DNA from: Candidatus Multivorans sp. | GTDB taxonomy: Bacteria; Acidobacteriota; Thermoanaerobaculia; Multivoradales; Multivoraceae | Assembly (NCBI GenBank): GCA_965247095.1 | Contig: OZ251997.1 | Location: forward strand, 2,624,001-2,688,000 | DNA: 64,000 bases | Direction: 5' to 3' | Translations under genes and position numbers: made by a program | Shown here: positions 18,409 to 27,704 of the stretch, in pieces | How positions within the stretch are numbered: the stretch's first letter is position 1 | Layout: each line of letters opens with the position of its first letter | The notes under the pieces: model-generated | Databases searched by the model: none | Told to the model about the DNA's origin: nothing | Seen by the model: the letters and a program-made list of their open reading frames with translations, nothing else

Positions 18409-18891
18409 TCATCTCTTGTTGCGGCGGCCCGCTTCAAGAGCCTGGAGGACCTCCTCCGGGGTTCGTTCGGCAGAGGCGAACGGATCGATCACCCGAACTT
18501 CGCCGAAAGTCTGGCCGTGCTGGAGATCCTCGGTGAGGAGGACCGGACATCCACACGATTGAGCGGCCGCCACGATCAACGCGTCCCACCAGGACAGCGA
18601 AGTGGCCTGCTCGAGAATCCACGCTCGTTCCATGATGGCGAGGTTGACCGGGACCGGCTGCCACGCGGCCAGAGCCCGGACGATCTGGCGAGCTTTGGCG
18701 CCGCCCATGCCCGGCTTCAGCTTGCGGGTAAGGGTCGCGTACAGCTCCTGCAAGACCTGCACACTCAGGCGGCCGGAGTGGCTGCGCCATAGATACGAGT
18801 ACCAGTCTTCGGCACGCGACTGCTTCGCCGGGTCGGACGAGTCGTGCCGGTAGACGAGTACGTTCGTGTCAACGAAGACCGGGCCGGTCAT
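18409..18891 (-). CDS. PIN-domain (VapC-like) toxin
   Basis: VFVDTNVLVY, LSVQVLQELY, SWWDALIVAAA, LLTEDLQHG. Confidence 0.9.
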   Translation of the reverse strand: MTGPVFVDTNVLVYRHDSSDPAKQSRAEDWYSYLWRSHSGRLSVQVLQELYATLTRKLKPGMGGAKARQIVRALAAWQPVPVNLAIMERAWILEQATSLSWWDALIVAAAQSCGCPVLLTEDLQHGQTFGEVRVIDPFASAERTPEEVLQALEAGRRNKR

Positions 18892-19111
18892 GGAGCGAGT
18901 CTCGCGAGGGGTAAGGCTGGCCCCTCTGCTTCAGCCTCTCGGGCTGAATCGCGAGGGCTCGTTCCATGGCGACGTCGTAACGATCCTCCTGGCGCCTCAT
19001 CCGTTGAACCAGGTCTGCCAACCAGCGGGAAACGCTGCGCTCGTTCTCCGCAGCGCGGACCCGGACCCACCGGGCGTCCTCTTCGGGCAGGGTGATCGTG
19101 ACGTTCTTCAC
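18869..19111 (-). CDS. Ribbon-helix-helix antitoxin
   Basis: MKNVTITLPEEDARWVRVRAAENERSVSRWL...YPSRDSLHDR; overlaps the toxin start. Confidence 0.82.
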   Translation of the reverse strand: MKNVTITLPEEDARWVRVRAAENERSVSRWLADLVQRMRRQEDRYDVAMERALAIQPERLKQRGQPYPSRDSLHDRPGLR

Positions 19112-19117
19112 GGCACG

Positions 19118-19146
19118 AGACTAGGGAAACACGAAGTTCGTGTCAA
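19118..19146 (-). promoter_or_regulatory. Sigma70 promoter with palindromic operator, probably leaderless transcript
   Basis: TTGACA-17 bp-TAGTCT, with the GTG start 6 nt after the -10 box; palindrome ACACGAA-C-TTCGTGT (19129-19143) overlaps the -35 box and spacer. Confidence 0.75.
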
Positions 19147-19161
19147 TGAGTTCCGGAGTGT

Positions 19162-19262
19162 CTTCGGTGGTGGCCCCGCGACATGCGAAAAGGGCGTGGC
19201 CAGCGGCCGCGCCCTTGGAAGACTTGGTAGCGGGGGCAGGATTTGAACCTGCGAGCCTTGGG
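19162..19262 (-). repeat. tRNA-linked repeat: 3' part of unit B, hairpin, and start of a truncated unit C
   Basis: Copy of the tRNA-fMet 3' end at 19225-19254, hairpin at 19190-19216, CGCGGGG at 19174-19180. Confidence 0.85.
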
Positions 19263-19375
19263 TGGAGGCATGGCTCGGAAACTGAGCCACCCAACGCTCG
19301 GAAAGTGATCCACCCTCGGCCCTGACACCGGTAGCTTGGTCTTGTTCAGTAGACCAACGCGCTCGGAGGAAGGAC

Positions 19376-20817
19376 TTGCTGAGGATGGATCAGGTTCATG
19401 TTATTCGGCACCAGGTGCTGGTGGAGGGTCGGAGCCAGCGCTCGGTGGCTCGGGAGCACGGTGTGAGCCGCAACACGGTGCGCAAGTACCTGGATCAGAG
19501 CGAGCCGCGGCGGGTGGAGAGCAGGCCGCGGCGGCGGCTGGTGACGGAGCGTGTGGCGCCTCGTCTGGAGGAGTTGCTGAGGACGTGGTCTCGCCGGACG
19601 ACGGCGAAGCAGCGTCTGACGGCGACGCGTCTGCATCGCCAGTTGCTGGAGGATGGCTACGAGGTCTGGATCACGACGATTCGCAGCTACGTTCGGGAGT
19701 GGAAGCGTCAGCGCCAGGAGACGTTCATTCCGCTGGTGCACCGTGCCGGCGAGTGCGGCCAGGTGGACTTCTTCGAGGTGACGGTGGAGGAGGACGGTGT
19801 GGCGCACCGGGTGTGGAAGTTCCTGCTGCACCTGCCGTACTCAGGCCGTTCGTTCGTGTGGCTGTACGACCGCTGCGACCAGGTGGCGTTCCTCGACGGC
19901 CACGTGCGGGCGTTCGCGCACTTCGGCGGCGTGCCGCTGCGTCTGGTCTACGACAATCTGAGTGCGGCGGTGCGTCGGCGGGTGGGCGGCGAGCGTCAGT
20001 TGACGGCTCGATTCCAGGCGCTGGTGAGCCACTACCTGTTCGAGCCTTGCTTCGCCCGCCCCGGCGAGGGGCACGACAAGGGCAGCGTGGAGTCGCGCGG
20101 CAAGGGAATCCGTCTGGCGCACATGAGTCCGGTGCCTCAAGGCCGCACCCTGGAGGAGATCGCACGGGCGTGCTGGCTTCGGTCGACGCGGCACACAGTC
20201 AGCGCGCCCGGTGGCAGGAGGAGCAGGCAGCTCTGCGCGAGCTGCCGCCGACCGCGTTCGAGGCAAGGAAGCTCAGGATCGTGCGGGTGTCGCGCCAGGC
20301 GACGGTGCAGTTGGGCGGCGCGATCTACTCGGTTCCCTCGCGGTGGAAGAGCCTCCAGGTCCATGCCCGCGTCGGTACGGGCGACATCGTCTTCACCTGT
20401 CGCGACGCGGAGTACCGCTGCGCTCTGGTGCGGCCGGGACAGCGCCTGGTGCGCTACGCGCACTACTTCGAGGAGCTGTCCCGGAAGCCTCAGGCGGTGC
20501 GACAGGTGGCTCCGGAGCTGCTCGCGGAGCTTGGCCCGGCCTATCGCAAGCTATGGAGAATGCTGGAGTTGCGGCACGGCGCGCTGGAGACGGCGCGGCT
20601 CTTCGCCAAGCTGTTGAGCGTGGTCACAGACCACGGCAGCGAGGAGGTAGCCGCCGCACTCGAGGAGGCCCTGACCGCCGGTCGCTTCGACCTTCTGGGA
20701 CTCGCCCTGCGGAGTCCCGCCTCCAAGATCGAGGTGCCGGAGCCGCTCCGCCGCCACGACATCGAGAGCGCTCGCGCCGCCGACTTCGACGTGCTGCTTC
20801 AGGAGGCGGCATCGTGA
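19376..20817 (+). pseudogene. istA: IS21 transposase IstA, frameshift near 20170
   Basis: GQVDFFE, LVYDNLSAAV, GHDKGSVE; the C-terminal part (VSRQATVQLGGAIYSVP) continues in another frame. Confidence 0.85.
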
Positions 20818-21566
20818 GCCGGGCGGCACGCAGAGCCGTCATCGCCGAGGGCCTCAAGATGCTCAAGATGCCTTCCGTGCTGCGCGACTACGAGCAGCGG
20901 GCGCGTCAGGCCCAGGACGCACAGTGGGACTACGAGGACTACCTGTGGCAACTGCTCGAGACCGAGATTCGGGACCGTGAGGCCCGCACCGTCGAGCGCC
21001 GGCTGCGCGCGGCCCGCTTCCCCGACCACAAGACCCTCGAGCAGATCGACTTCCAGGCGCTACAGGGAGTGTCCAAACCGAAGCTGCGCGAGCTGGCCTC
21101 CTGCGACTACATCGACCGCGGCGACGACGTCGTCCTCGTCGGACCCATCGGCACCGGCAAGACGCATCTCGCGATCGCACTCGGCATCGAGGCCGCGAAG
21201 CGCCGCCGCCGGGTCTGGTTCCGCAAGGCCTCCGACCTCGTCCGCGACCTGATCGAAGCCCGCGATCAGCGGGAGTTGGGGCGCCTGCAGCAGTGGCTAC
21301 AGCGGGTGGATCTACTGATCTGCGACGAGCTCGGCTTCGTGCCATTCGACCGCGCCGGCGGCGAGTTGCTCTTCAACGTCTTCGCCGACCGTTACGAGCG
21401 CCGCTCGACCATCGTCACCTCCAACCTCGCCTTCTCCGAATGGGTCCGCGTATTCGGCGACGAAAAGCTCACCACGGCTCTGCTCGACCGCCTCTCCCAC
21501 CACGCCCACATCCTCGCCACCAAGGGCTCCTCCTATCGGACTCGGCTGCGGAGAAGCCCTTCGTGA
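20814..21566 (+). CDS. istB: IS21 helper ATPase IstB
   Basis: GPIGTGKTHLA, LLICDELGF, TSNLAFSEW, ALLDRLSHH, GSSYR. Confidence 0.93.
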   Translation: MSRAARRAVIAEGLKMLKMPSVLRDYEQRARQAQDAQWDYEDYLWQLLETEIRDREARTVERRLRAARFPDHKTLEQIDFQALQGVSKPKLRELASCDYIDRGDDVVLVGPIGTGKTHLAIALGIEAAKRRRRVWFRKASDLVRDLIEARDQRELGRLQQWLQRVDLLICDELGFVPFDRAGGELLFNVFADRYERRSTIVTSNLAFSEWVRVFGDEKLTTALLDRLSHHAHILATKGSSYRTRLRRSPS

Positions 21567-21632
21567 ATCCGGATCGCACGACGCGCAACCGGACCGCCGC
21601 GGCGCCGCCGCTGAGAGCACCGCAACGGCCGC

Positions 21633-21730
21633 CGGCTGCGGAAGCTGCCGGCGCCGCGGAAAACGGCAGACCGTTTCCCGCACCGCCTTGGAAAACCGGC
21701 AGACCGGTTTTCCACAGCTACCGCAGCCGC
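21633..21730 (+). other. Branched stem-loop element inside the IS21 right end
   Basis: Outer arms CGGCTGCGGAAGCTG / CAGCTACCGCAGCCG enclose hairpins GGAAAACGGCAGACCGTTTCC and TGGAAAACCGGCAGACCGGTTTTCCA. Confidence 0.6.
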
Positions 21731-21842
21731 TACGGCTACTGACTCAAGGGGACCGACGAGAGAAGACTCGCGTACACTCAACACGGCCGACGTGGCTCAC
21801 TTTCCAAACGGTGGGTGGCTCACTTTCCGAGCGTTGCCAACA

Positions 21843-22085
21843 CCTTGGGCTATGGCAGGCCGATGAGCTAGGTGTTCCAGAGGTGTGTTCGGTGGTGCCC
21901 CCGCGACAAGCAAGAAGGGCGCGGCCAGCGGCCGCGCCCTTAGAAGACTTGGTAGCGGGGGCAGGATTTGAACCTGCGAGCCTTGGGCTATGGCAGGCCG
22001 ATGAGCTAGGTGTTCCAGAGGTGTGTTCGGTGGTGCCCCCGCGGCAAGCAGAAAGGGCGCGGCCAGCGGCCGCGCCCTTGAAGCT
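21843..22085 (-). repeat. tRNA-linked tandem repeat (~137-bp period): intact tRNA-like unit A (21950-22043) and 5' part of unit B (21843-21905)
   Basis: Near-identical units: CGCGGGG...TAGCTCA...TCGCAGGTTCAAATCCTGCCCCCGCTACCA, separated by GC-rich hairpins. Confidence 0.85.
22053..22079 (-). terminator. GC-rich hairpin after tRNA-fMet, also at 21915-21941 and 19190-19216
   Basis: AAGGGCGCGGCC-GCT-GGCCGCGCCCTT followed by a short pyrimidine tract. Confidence 0.6.
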
Positions 22086-22162
<77 letters not shown>

Positions 22163-22174
22163 TCAGGACGGGGG

Positions 22175-22203
22175 ATCGTGGCACAGGAGGGGTGCAGTGT
22201 CAA
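22175..22203 (-). promoter_or_regulatory. tRNA promoter
   Basis: TTGACA-17 bp-CACGAT followed by a GC-rich discriminator CCCCCG. Confidence 0.65.
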
Positions 22204-22214
22204 CCTGGAGAGCT

Positions 22215-23779
22215 GTCCAGCGAGAAGTGAGCGTGAGCGGGGTGCGTGAATCCAGCGAGAAGTGAGCGTGAAGCGCCGGTATCGGGGATCATCGGAGGAT
22301 GATCGTGACGCTCCAGACACGCCGACTTCAGACTCTTTGTGAGGTCCGCAGTTTCGTGGCCGGCAACGAGGCGGTGGACTTCGTGGTGGTGGACCGCGGA
22401 TCGACCTACGAGTTCATCCGTGAGACGCTGGTCAGGTTCCGCTACCGGGCGCTTGTGAGGCGCGACAAGGGCATGATTCGGCGCTACCTGATGAAGATGA
22501 CCGGGAAGTCCGAGTCGCAGGTGACGCGGCTGATCCGGCAGCACCGGGAGACGGGCCGCATCGAGGACCGCCGCGGTGCGCCGCCTCACGCATTCGGGCG
22601 GCGTTACACGAAGGCCGACATCGGCCTTCTCGCCGAGGTCGACGCGGCACTGGGCCAGATGTGCGGTCACAGCACGCGGGCGGTGATGCGGCGCCAGTTC
22701 GAGCTGTACGGCGACGAGCGCTTCGAGCGTCTGGCTGTGATCTCGAACGGCCAGTTCTACAACCTGCGCAAGTCGACCACCTACCAGCGGCGCCGGACGA
22801 CGTTCAAGAAGACGCGGTCGACCGCGGTCGGGATCGGGGAACGACGCAAGCCCCAGCCGGAGGGGAAGCCGGGCTACCTGCGGGTGGACACGGTGCATCA
22901 GGGGGACAAAGACGGCGAGAAGGGCGTGTACCACATCAACCTCGTGGACAAGGTGTTGCAGTGGGAGCACGTGGCGACGGTACGGGCCATCTCCCAACGG
23001 TGTCTCGTGCCGGTGCTCAAGGAGCTCATCGAGTCCTGCCCCTTCAAGGTGCTGGGCTTCCACGCCGACAACGGCTCCGAGTACATCAACCGCAAGGTCG
23101 CCGAGATGCTCAACCAACTGCACGTCCCCGAGTTCACCAAGTCCCGCAGCCGGCACACCAACGACAACGCCCTGGTCGAGAGCAAGAACGGCAACGTGAT
23201 CCGGCGCCAGTTCGGATACCGGCACATCCCCAAGCTCTTCGCCCGCGAGATCAACGTCTTCGCACGCGATGTGCTCACCCCCTTCCTCAACTTCCATCGC
23301 CCGTGCCTGTTTCCCACCGAGGTCACCGACAGGAAGGGCCGCACCAGGAAACGCTACCGCTACCAGGACACCATGACGCCGTTCGAGAAGCTCAAGTCCC
23401 TGCCGGACGCGGAGCGGTACCTCAGGCCCGGCGTCACCATCGCCGCCCTCGAAGACCAGGCCGGCGCCACGAGCGACCTCGACGCCGCGATCGCCCTCAA
23501 GCTGGCTCGTGCCAGACTCTTTGAACTCATCGACCGGGAGTCCGATCCCCACCGGCGCCGGAGCGCCTGAACCGCAGACCGCGCAGCCCGATGCCATACA
23601 CCGCCCACCACCACCGGCCCAGGCCGGAACACAACGCCAGTAACCCGCCGCGGCCTCGCAGCGGGCGCTACCGCAGGCGGCAGACGGTGCAGAACCGTCT
23701 GCCGCTCCAGAACTACCCCGAGACCGACCCGACTCGACTCTCCATGACGGTCCCGTTCACGCTCATTTCAGGATTGGAC
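22215..23779 (+). mobile_element. Insertion sequence with rve/DDE integrase-core transposase (family unclassified here)
   Basis: Left end has TCCAGCGAGAAGTGAGCGTGA twice (22216-22236, 22251-22271); imperfect inverted copy at 23757-23778. Confidence 0.7.
22299..23570 (+). CDS. DDE integrase-core transposase
   Basis: GYLRVDTVHQGD, GFHADNGSEYIN, NDNALVESKNG, PFLNFHRPC. Confidence 0.88.
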   Translation: MIVTLQTRRLQTLCEVRSFVAGNEAVDFVVVDRGSTYEFIRETLVRFRYRALVRRDKGMIRRYLMKMTGKSESQVTRLIRQHRETGRIEDRRGAPPHAFGRRYTKADIGLLAEVDAALGQMCGHSTRAVMRRQFELYGDERFERLAVISNGQFYNLRKSTTYQRRRTTFKKTRSTAVGIGERRKPQPEGKPGYLRVDTVHQGDKDGEKGVYHINLVDKVLQWEHVATVRAISQRCLVPVLKELIESCPFKVLGFHADNGSEYINRKVAEMLNQLHVPEFTKSRSRHTNDNALVESKNGNVIRRQFGYRHIPKLFAREINVFARDVLTPFLNFHRPCLFPTEVTDRKGRTRKRYRYQDTMTPFEKLKSLPDAERYLRPGVTIAALEDQAGATSDLDAAIALKLARARLFELIDRESDPHRRRSA

Positions 23780-23863
23780 TACGCTCCTGGAGCCGGGCCG
23801 GATCTTGCTTCTCCGGCTCCCGTCTTCGCGGCCTCGAGTCCGCCCCTCGTATAGGCTTCGTCC

Positions 23864-24214
23864 GTGTCAGCGACGCCTCCAGACCGGCGCGGGCGGCTGC
23901 GGGAGCGCATCGATCGTTGGCGCGAATGGACGCAGCGCTCGCTTCCGACGATGATCGGCGTCGGCCTGATCCTGGTGCTCCTTTTTCTCGCCAAGGCCGG
24001 CGCCGAGAACTACTCGGGCCTTGCCGAACTCGCGGACCGGGAGGCGGAGCTCGAGATCGAGCTGGAGGAGGCGAGGCTGCGGGTCGAGAGCCTGAGGCGC
24101 ACGGTCGTGCTGATGCAGGACGATCCGGCAGTGCTGGAGCGTCTGGCGCGAGAGGAGCTGGGCCTGGTGAGACCAGGTGACACGGTCGTCGTCCTGCCCC
24201 GGACGGACGACTGA
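23864..24214 (+). CDS. ftsB: Septum formation initiator (FtsB/DivIC)
   Basis: One TM helix, coiled coil, then DPAVLERLAREELGLVRPGDTV. Confidence 0.8.
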   Translation: MSATPPDRRGRLRERIDRWREWTQRSLPTMIGVGLILVLLFLAKAGAENYSGLAELADREAELEIELEEARLRVESLRRTVVLMQDDPAVLERLAREELGLVRPGDTVVVLPRTDD

Positions 24215-24230
24215 TCCGGCCGTTGATCCG

Positions 24231-27200
24231 GTGTCCGTGTGGCGTGAACTCCGCCGCCGCATTCGCCGCGGCCGGGACTACCGCGAACTCGCTGCGGCTG
24301 AGCGTGCGGCGGTCGTCGGTCTGCCGGTGCGCGCGGCCTCGGTGGTGTTCGAGCTGCTGGCCGAGGATCGTGCCGCGGCCCAGCTCGTGGTCGTGCCGAG
24401 CGAAAGCGAGGTCCTGGCCTGGACCGAAGGGGCTCGGCTGCTTGGGCGCCGCGACGGGGCGCGGGTCGTTCCCTTTCCGTCACCGGCGCTGACGCCCTAC
24501 CAGCAGGCCGAGGCCTCGCTGCAGGTGCGCGCCCAGGAAAGCGTCGCCTACGACACCCTGCTTGGCGCTTCACGGGTCACCGTGGTCTGCACGCCCCGGA
24601 CGCTGTTTCAACGCCTCGCCGAACCGGAGGCGTTCCTGCAGTCGGTCATAGGCGTTCGGGTTGGGGAAGACGTGGTTCCCGAGGAACTCCTGACCCACCT
24701 GGTCGCCCGCGGCTACCGGCGCAGCGATCTGGTGGCGGCGGTGGGCGCGGTGGCGCAGCGGGGCGGAGTCTTCGACCTCTTTGCACCCGGCGAACCGCGG
24801 CCGGCGCGACTTGACCTGTTCGGCGACACGATCGAGAGCATCCATCGTTTCGATCTGTCGACGCAGCGTTCCGAGGAGGCAATCGATTCGTTGCGCATCC
24901 GGCCTCTGACGCCGTTCGCGGCCGCGCCGGAGCAGGCCGCCGAGCTGGCCCTGGTGCTGCTGGAAGAACGAAGCGACGATCTGGCTGAATCGGCCCGCAC
25001 CCAGTTGCAGGAAATGGTGGAGGGCGAGCCCTTTCCGGGCTGGGAGAAGTACCTCCCTCTGCTGCAGCCGAGCACGAGTCTCGGTGAGGTGATGGAGAAC
25101 GCCACCGTCGTCGTGGTCGAAGTGGACCGGGTGCGACGGGAGATCGAGCAGCACACCGAGATGCTGTGGGACGAGTACGCCAGACGATCCGACGACGGCG
25201 ACATCGCCGCCGAACCGGAACGGTTGACGGCGCCCAGTGCTCAGGTGCTCGAGTTCGTGGAAGACGCGGTCTTCCGGATCGGGGGCGTGCTGGATGAGCG
25301 TGCGGGACGGCGAACCCGGGTCGACTTCGGCGCGGTCGAAACGGACGTCCTGGTCGATCAGCTTCCCCGCTTTCCGCGCGAGGTGGAGACCGCCGCGGCG
25401 CGCGGCGACGACCTGTGGCTGGTGGCGCGCGCCGGGCGGCACGAGTCGCTGCGCCAGACACTCGGCAGCCGGGAGATCGACTGGGATGGAGGCGGCGTGC
25501 GGCTGGTCGACGGCGAACTGGGACGCGGTTTCCGGCTCCCGGCAGCCGGCCTCGTGCTCTTCGGCGAGGGGCAGCTCTTCCGGCGCCGGGCGGCGGCGCC
25601 CCGCCGCCGCCGGATGGGGCCCTTCGTGTCCGGCCTCGGCGATCTGCGGGTCGGCGAGTTCGTGGTCCACGAGGATCACGGCATCGGGCAATTCCTGGGG
25701 CTCAGGACACTTGAAGGTCCACCCGGCGACGGGCCCGACGTGGAGGGCTACGGACCCCGCAGGCCGTCGCGGGCGGTCGAGGTCATGGAGCTCCTCTACT
25801 CATCGGGCCGCACGCTGCTCCTGCCTCTGACTCGCCTGAACGAGATCGAGCGCTACAGCGGCATCGATGGGCTCGCGCCCCGTCTCGACCAACTGGGCGG
25901 CAGCAGTTGGGCGAAGAAGAAGGGCCGGATCAGTCGCAGCCTGAAAGCGATCGCCACCGATCTGTTGAAGCTCTACGCGGAGCGGCGGCTGGCGCGGGCG
26001 GTGCCGATGAACGAGGACAGCGACCGCCAACTCCAGTTCGAGGGCGCCTTCACCTACGAGGAGACGCCGGATCAACTGGAGGCGGTGCGCACGATCAAGG
26101 AGGATCTGGGCCGCGAACAGCCGATGGACCGGCTTCTGTGCGGCGACGTCGGCTTCGGCAAGACCGAGGTGGCGATGCGGGCGGCGTTCAAGGCGGTGGA
26201 CAACGGCCTGCAGGTCGCGGTCCTGGCGCCGACGACGATTCTCGCCGATCAGCACCTGCGCACGTTCCGGCGGCGCTTCCAGGGCTTCGACTTCGAGATC
26301 GAGATGGTCTCCCGCTTCCGTTCGGCGGCCCAGGTCAAGGCGATCCGCGAGCGTCTGGCGGCGGGCGAGATTCACATTCTCATCGGTACCCACCGACTCC
26401 TGAGCCGTGACATCGACATGCCCTGCCTGGGCCTGGTGATCATCGACGAGGAGCAGCGTTTCGGAGTCGCCCAGAAGGAACGCCTGCGTGAGTTGAAGCG
26501 CAACGTCCACGTGCTGGCGATGTCGGCGACGCCGGTGCCGCGCACGCTGCAGTTGTCGCTGGCCGGGGTGCGTGACCTGTCCCTGATCGAGTCGCCGCCC
26601 CGGGACCGGATGGCGGTCGAAACCCGGGTGCTGCCGTTCTCGGGCGATCTCGTCCGCGAGGCGATCGAGTTCGAGGTCGAGCGCGGCGGCCAGGTGTTCT
26701 ACGTCTACAACCGGGTCGAGGACATCGAAGGCATGCTCCGCTATCTGCGGGAGCTCGTGCCGGGGCTTCGGATCACCGTCGGTCACGGTCAGATGGATGA
26801 AGGGGAGCTGAGCCTTCGGATGCGTGGGTTTACTTCCGGCGAGTACGACCTGTTGCTGGCGACGACGATCATCGAGAACGGGATCGACATTCCCAACGTG
26901 AACACGATGCTCGTTCACCGCGCGGATCGCTTCGGTCTGGCCCAGCTCTACCAGTTGCGGGGCCGGGTCGGCCGCAGCGATCAACTGGGCTACTGCTACC
27001 TTCTGGCCCCCCCGGACACGGTGCTTTCGGAGGAGGCGCGCAAGCGACTCGTCGCCATCCGGGAGTTCACCGAGCTCGGGGCGGGTTTCCGGATTGCGGC
27101 GCGTGACCTGGAGATTCGGGGCGCCGGCAACCTGCTCGGAGCGGAACAGAGCGGCCACATCGCGGAAGTTGGGATCGAGACCTACATGAAGATGCTGGAG

Positions 27201-27704
27201 AAGACGATCGCCGAACTCCGGGGCGAGGCGCCGGCGGACAGGCCGTCGGCGTCGATCAGCCTGCCCGCGGCCATGTCGATTCCGGAGGACTACATCGGCG
27301 AGATCTCTTTGCGACTGGAGATCTACCGGCGCCTTGCGGATGCCGACGAGGATCCGGAGACGCTGCTTGCCGAGCTGCGCGACCGTTTCGGACCACCGCC
27401 CGAGGCGGTGCATGCCCTGATTCGGGGCGCGGAACTGAAACGGATTGCGGAATCCCTGGGTGTCCAGTCGATCGCGCACCGGAGCGATCGACTGACGGTC
27501 AAGCTTCGCCGCGACGCGAAGGTCGATCTGGAACGCTTGATCCGCTTCGTTTCCGAGCGGGAGGGCTCGGGCTTCACTCCGGACGGGGTGCTGACGCTGT
27601 CCGAGATACCGGGCCGTGAGTCGCTCGAGATCGCGCTTCAGCTCCTGCAGTTGCTGGCGGGTGAACCGCTGTCGCGGCTCGCCGGTTCGGAGACGGTCCA
27701 TTGA
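24231..27704 (+). CDS. mfd: Transcription-repair coupling factor
   Basis: RGGVFDLF, VVHEDHGIG, MDRLLCGDVGFGKTEVAMRAAF, DEEQRFGV, SATPVPRTL, DLEIRGAGNLLG. Confidence 0.96.
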   Translation: MSVWRELRRRIRRGRDYRELAAAERAAVVGLPVRAASVVFELLAEDRAAAQLVVVPSESEVLAWTEGARLLGRRDGARVVPFPSPALTPYQQAEASLQVRAQESVAYDTLLGASRVTVVCTPRTLFQRLAEPEAFLQSVIGVRVGEDVVPEELLTHLVARGYRRSDLVAAVGAVAQRGGVFDLFAPGEPRPARLDLFGDTIESIHRFDLSTQRSEEAIDSLRIRPLTPFAAAPEQAAELALVLLEERSDDLAESARTQLQEMVEGEPFPGWEKYLPLLQPSTSLGEVMENATVVVVEVDRVRREIEQHTEMLWDEYARRSDDGDIAAEPERLTAPSAQVLEFVEDAVFRIGGVLDERAGRRTRVDFGAVETDVLVDQLPRFPREVETAAARGDDLWLVARAGRHESLRQTLGSREIDWDGGGVRLVDGELGRGFRLPAAGLVLFGEGQLFRRRAAAPRRRRMGPFVSGLGDLRVGEFVVHEDHGIGQFLGLRTLEGPPGDGPDVEGYGPRRPSRAVEVMELLYSSGRTLLLPLTRLNEIERYSGIDGLAPRLDQLGGSSWAKKKGRISRSLKAIATDLLKLYAERRLARAVPMNEDSDRQLQFEGAFTYEETPDQLEAVRTIKEDLGREQPMDRLLCGDVGFGKTEVAMRAAFKAVDNGLQVAVLAPTTILADQHLRTFRRRFQGFDFEIEMVSRFRSAAQVKAIRERLAAGEIHILIGTHRLLSRDIDMPCLGLVIIDEEQRFGVAQKERLRELKRNVHVLAMSATPVPRTLQLSLAGVRDLSLIESPPRDRMAVETRVLPFSGDLVREAIEFEVERGGQVFYVYNRVEDIEGMLRYLRELVPGLRITVGHGQMDEGELSLRMRGFTSGEYDLLLATTIIENGIDIPNVNTMLVHRADRFGLAQLYQLRGRVGRSDQLGYCYLLAPPDTVLSEEARKRLVAIREFTELGAGFRIAARDLEIRGAGNLLGAEQSGHIAEVGIETYMKMLEKTIAELRGEAPADRPSASISLPAAMSIPEDYIGEISLRLEIYRRLADADEDPETLLAELRDRFGPPPEAVHALIRGAELKRIAESLGVQSIAHRSDRLTVKLRRDAKVDLERLIRFVSEREGSGFTPDGVLTLSEIPGRESLEIALQLLQLLAGEPLSRLAGSETVH

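Larger units (their letters stand above)
19263..21842 (+). mobile_element. IS21-family element with 7-bp target duplication
   Basis: IRs TGGAGGCATGGCTCGGAAACTGAGCCACCC / GGGTGGCTCACTTTCCGAGCGTTGCCAACA, internal sub-terminal repeats, and CCTTGGG at both flanks (19256-19262, 21843-21849). Confidence 0.92.
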
